NCBI RefSeq assembly: GCF_006345805.1
Contig: NC_043009.1
Coordinates: 62,930,001-62,994,000 of the forward strand
Direction: 5' to 3'
Length of the DNA: 64,000 bases
From: Octopus sinensis
Taxonomy: Eukaryota
Each line of letters opens with the position of its first letter. Position 1 is the first letter of the stretch. Positions 59,309 through 64,000 of this stretch are shown piece by piece. The notes under the pieces are model-generated. The model worked only from the letters and a program-made list of their open reading frames with translations. It was not told where the DNA came from and made no database searches. The position numbers and the translations under genes are program-made.

Positions 59309-59804
59309 TACACAGAGAAGAAACACAGAAAGAAGGAGAGAAAAAAAATGCGTGCAAGAGCTAACGAATCAACATGGCGATACATATATATATATATATA
59401 CATATATATATACATATATATATATACACCCCAACCATAATAATTTGTATATATCAGAATATTCAAAGTTAAGTGCTTCTCATAGTGAGCCGTAAAACAA
59501 TTTTATATGAAAGTGTGGAATCATTGATTTCAAATTACTCTGTATTTTAGCAACGGGGTTTCACAAAAATTATTGTCATTATTATTACTTTTATATATAA
59601 TTACCATTTCTGCATCTTTTGAAATTATTGATTATCTTATCCTCTATTTGCTATTTATTTTTTAATGAATGTAATTTGCCTCCTGCTGTTTATAATGGAA
59701 TAAAGAAAGAAAATGCTGAAATGAATAAATAAAACAAAAATACGAGTTTTTTTAGTTTTTAATTATGGGCCTAATGGGGATGTGTTGGGTGGTTCTTTCT
59801 GTTA

Positions 59805-60058
59805 CTCTTTAACTCGTTTCAGTCATTTGACTGCAGCCATGCTGGAGCACCGCCTTTAGTCGAGCAAATCGACCCCAGGACTTATTTTCTGTAAGCCTAG
59901 TACTTATTCTATTGGTGTCTTTTGCCGAACCGCTAAGTTACAAGGACATAAACACACCAACATTGGTTGTCAAGTGATGGCGGGGGGACAAACACAGACA
60001 CACAAATACACACACACATATATATATACACACATATATATATATAAATGCACCCACC

Positions 60059-60100
<42 letters not shown>

Positions 60101-60424
60101 AAGACTCCGCCGGTTACGATGACGAGGGTCCCAGCTGATACGATCAACGGAACAGCTTGCTCGTGAAATTAACGTGCAAATGGCTGAGCATTCCACAGAC
60201 ACGTGTACCCTTAACGTAGTTCTCGGGGATAATCAGTGTGACACAGAGAGTGACAAGGCTGACCCTTTGAAATACAAGTAAAACTCATTTTTGCCAGCTG
60301 AGTGGACTGGAGCAACGTGAAATAAAGTGTCTTGCTCAAGGACACAACGTGTTGCCGGGAATCGAACTCACAACCTTACGATCATGAGCCGAATGCCCTA
60401 ACCACTAAGCCACGCGCCCTCACT

Positions 60425-60458
<34 letters not shown>

Positions 60459-60557
60459 ATGAGCTACATTCAGTTTCCATTGTACCAAATCCACTCACAA
60501 GGCTTTGGTTAGCCCAAGGCTATAGTAGAAGACACTTGCCTAAGGTGCCATGCAGGC
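59805..60557 (-). mobile_element. SINE-A split by a modular SINE (head 2 + tail X, 60102-60423, minus strand)
   Basis: 3' half 59805-60000, 5' part 60460-60557; the insert sits in the (CA)n(TA)n linker. Confidence 0.75.
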
Positions 60558-60654
60558 ATTTTACTACAGTTCTATATTTAAGAGATGAGGAATTATGTAT
60601 ATTATTTACATTATTTATATTAGACAGATATTTGTCCTCATCTTGTTTGTTGTT

Positions 60655-60700
60655 AACACAACATTTCGGCTGACATACCTTCCAGCCTTCATCAGGTGTC
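60655..60700 (-). ncRNA. Minimal type I hammerhead with canonical core (family R5)
   Basis: GACAC-CUGAUGA-A-GGCUG(10 nt)CAGCC-GAAA-U-GUU^GUGUU. Host element about 60558-60750; relatives at 63489-63605 (+) and 20810-20890 (-). Confidence 0.68.
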
Positions 60701-60747
60701 TTGGGGAAATTTCGCACCTGGGTTCTCATTCCTAAGGTATTTTTCAA

Positions 60748-60787
60748 TGTTGTTGTTGTTGTTATTATAATAATAATAATAATAATA

Positions 60788-60830
<43 letters not shown>

Positions 60831-61354
60831 CAGACAGTGATTTGAATAATAATAATAATAATAAAAAGTTGAGCTAACCCTACTGGTTCAATGTAAGAAT
60901 TTGTGCAAAATGATTTATACATGGTAGCATGATAGACAATAGTCCTAATGTTGGTAGAGCTTACAGAATGAATGAAAGACAAGAAGGAACTCTCCAAAGA
61001 TTTATCGCAAGATAAACAGTAAAACTCTGTGATACCTTCTAAAGCTATGACTTGAAAGAAAGAAGAATCAGGAATTGCCATTCAAATGTTGTTGTAATTA
61101 CTTTATTGAAATGGCACAATCTGTTACAGAGGGGATTTGAGGGGAGGGATGGGGGAGGGGGAAATGATTTCTGCAGTTAATAACGATTCCTGAAATTTTG
61201 GGAGAAGGGTCTCTGATCAATTACATCGACCCCAATATTTCACTGGTGCTTATTTCATTAGCCCTAAAAGGAGAAAAAGCAAAGGAAATTTTGGGAGCAT
61301 TTGATCTCTCTGTAATTAATAATAACAACAGCAACAGCAGGAACAACAATAGCA

Positions 61355-61404
<50 letters not shown>

Positions 61405-61466
61405 AATAATAAAAATGATAATAATGATAATATTAATGATGATAATGATGATAATGATAATGATAA
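60748..61466. repeat. Trinucleotide microsatellite clusters (TTG/AAT/ATT at 60748-60865; AAT/GAT at 61315-61466)
   Basis: Read directly from the sequence. Confidence 0.9.
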
Positions 61467-61479
61467 TCCTTTCTACATT

Positions 61480-61650
61480 AGGCACAAGGCCTGAAATTTT
61501 GGGGATGGGAGCTAGTCGATTACATCGACCCCAGTGCATAACTGGTACTTAATTTATTGACCCTAAAAGGATGAAAGGCAAAGTCAACCTTGGTGACATT
61601 TGAACTCAAAACGTAGTGATGGGCGAAATGCTTAGCAGTATTTCGTCCCA
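61480..61650 (-). mobile_element. SINE-B, partial
   Basis: GTCGATTACATCGACCCCAGTGCATAACTGGTAC...GGCGAAATGCTTAGC. Confidence 0.7.
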
Positions 61651-62064
61651 AACCAGTTGCCAAACAGGGGTGGGGAAGCAAACACGCACACATGCATTCA
61701 ACATTCTACACATACATATACACATGTATGCTCACGCATACACACATGTGTGCGTACACACACACACATATATAATGAGCATCTACACAGTTTTTGTCTG
61801 CCAAATTCATTTACGTGGCATGAGTTGGCCAGGGGCTATAATAAATGACACTTGCCCAAGGTGCCACATAGTGGGACTGAACTTGAAACTGGGTGCTTGC
61901 AAAGCCAGCTTCTTAACCACACAGCCATCCATGCCTGTGCCTATCTTAACATGAAAAAAGACTGGAATATTTTAAACTGTCAGCTTTTTTTTTCAAATGG
62001 ATTTTTCAATAGTCCGTGTGGTGACACCTAAATGCACCAACCGATTGTGACCGTTTTCCAGCCT

Positions 62065-63105
62065 CCTCTGGCACCTGTGCTGGTGGCACATAAAAAGCAC
62101 CCACTACACTCACGGAGTGGTTGGCGTTAGGAAGGGCATCCAGCTGTAGAAACTCTGCCAGATCAAGATTGGAGCCTGGTGCAGCCTCCTGGCTTCCCAG
62201 ACCCCGGTCGAACCGTCCAACCCATGCTAGCATGGAAAACAGACGTTAAACAATGATGATGACTGTAATCATTCTGGCATGACAAGGCCAATGTCTTTGA
62301 GTTAAAATGATGTCTTTCAAGACACCATTTCATTTCTTTGTGAGAACTGTAGAGGAGTGAAAGGAGACATTGTGACTGGAAGCGAGGGAGAAAGAGTGAT
62401 GTTGGAACTGGAAGAGAGGGGAAGTGACATCATGTCATTTGAATAGCCTCTTTATTCATCAGAATATCAAGGGGTAGGGATATGTGGAAGGGATCTCCTA
62501 GGAAGAGTAGTTTCTGCCAGGAGGTTGGGGTAGTGTACACATAGGTACAACCAATGAGTTCTGCTGATCCTTGAGAAGCAAAGCTGGATACCCTGTTCTG
62601 AGTTTGTCTTGCAGTAGGAGCGTTCTTATTACTTGTCTTTCCTTCTACAAGAATGTTGGTGATTTAGTGGAAACTGTGGTTACTGCCAGTGTCTCATGAC
62701 TGGCTCCTGTGCTGGTGGCACATAGAAAGCACCATCTGAACATTTTCAATGCCAGGTCTGCCTGACTGGCTCCCGTACCAGTGACACATAAAAAGCACCA
62801 TCCGAATGTGGCCGATGCCAGTACCCCCTGACTGGCTCCTGTGCCAGTGACACGTAAAAAGCACTATCCAAACATGATTGATGCCAGGCCTGCCTGGCTG
62901 GCTCCTGTGCTGGTGGCACATAAAATGCACCCACTGCACTTTCAGAGTGGTTGGCATTAGGAAGGGCATCCAGCTGTAGAAACTCTACCAGACCAGATTG
63001 GAGCCTGGCGCAGCTGCTGGCTCTCCAGACCCCAGTCAAACTGTCCAACCCATGCCAGCATGGAAAACAGACGTTAAACAATGATGATGATGATGATGAT
63101 GCTGA
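62065..63105 (+). mobile_element. Two family C elements (62065-62265, 62690-63105)
   Basis: Modules, body and (GAT)n tails. Confidence 0.75.
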
Positions 63106-63639
63106 TGAATGTTGTCTTGATAGCAAAACCTGTTCTGGTGCCAGCCAACAACTTTCACTCCATTGAAGAAGCAGCTGAGTGGAACAATCTTTCTAGTCTG
63201 GTAGCACAAAATACACCTGTATCTTGTAAAGTGATTGGTGAGTAGAGAATGTACGTAAAGGGTTTGGAGGCTCCTTTATTTAACATCTCTAGAGTTGGTA
63301 CCATTAAAAAAAAAAAAAACTCACACCTAGTACATTCTGTAAAATGGTCAGTAGCAGGAAAATTATTCGACTTCCAAAAATGAAGTGAAATGATATGTAC
63401 AAGCATCAGTTTTTGGAAGTAGCAGCTCCCAATAGAAGACTCAAACTGAGATGATCCATTCAACCCATGGAAAACAGACGTAAAAACAATGATGAAGGCT
63501 GGAGGGTATATCAGCCGAAATGTTGTGATAACATAAAAAGAAGATGAGGACAAATATCCGTCAAATGTAAATTACATAATTCCTCATCTCTTAAATATAG
63601 AACTATGCTTTTTTTTTTTTTCTATACATGAATACTGTA

Positions 63640-63890
63640 GAGTCATGTGGCTTAATGGTTAAGGTGTCAGCACCATGATCATAAGGTTATAGTTTCGATT
63701 CTTGGACTGGGCAATGCATTGTGTTCTTGAGCAAAACACTTCATTTCACATTGCTCCAGTCCACTCAACTGGCAAAAAATGAATAACGCTGCAATGGAAT
63801 GGTGTCCTGTCCAGCTGGAGAACACATACGCCATAGAAACCGGGAAACCGGGCCCACGAGCCTCGCTAGGCTTTAAAAAGGGCGCATTTC
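63640..63890 (+). mobile_element. Modular tRNA-derived SINE (head 2 + tail Y)
   Basis: Head GTGGCTTAATGGTTAAGG...TTCGATTC; middle GTTCTTGAGCAAAACACTTCATTTCAC; tail CCTGTCCAG...GGAAACCGGGAAACCGGGCCC. Confidence 0.7.
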
Positions 63891-64000
63891 TTTTTTTATA
63901 CATGAATAGTGCATTATATACAGCAATTTGCAAAACAGCAAGTCCTCTTGTCACTGTTGCCTCATCTTTCATGGAGCATATTGCTCTGTTGAATCTCTTT

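Noticed and set aside
62440-62470. CTGATGA on the minus strand with a short stem
   Set aside because: It lacks GAAA (reads CAAA) and has no stem I partner.

Overview
AT-rich, repeat-dense eukaryotic genomic DNA. The SINE families, RTE/CR1 fossils and (TA)n/(CA)n load suggest a coleoid cephalopod, probably Octopus; this is inference, not a database result. One protein-coding gene can be reconstructed with confidence: TAF7 (TFIID subunit 7/TAFII55) on the minus strand, with seven coding exons from 45053 to 24526, all GT-AG introns with matching phases, and a 310-aa ORF. It keeps the TAFII55_N domain and the KNVRKRRFRK basic motif, but no C-terminal coiled coil was found. A second minus-strand transcription unit probably starts at about 14.2-16.3 kb (orphan 5' exons, two candidate microexons); its product could not be identified. 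The rest is layered mobile DNA: a full-length dead mariner, hAT/piggyBac/Tc1/Sola-like MITEs, Helitron pieces, CR1/RTE/HERO LINE fossils and several SINE families, many nested. The most interesting signal is a set of at least five distinct families of short, apparently non-coding elements, mostly in or beside (TA)n tracts or inverted repeats. They carry minimal type I hammerhead-ribozyme folds, two with non-canonical cores (CUGUUGA, CCGACGA), pointing to a Penelope-like/retrozyme system. Most ORFs in the supplied track are repeat or microsatellite artefacts.
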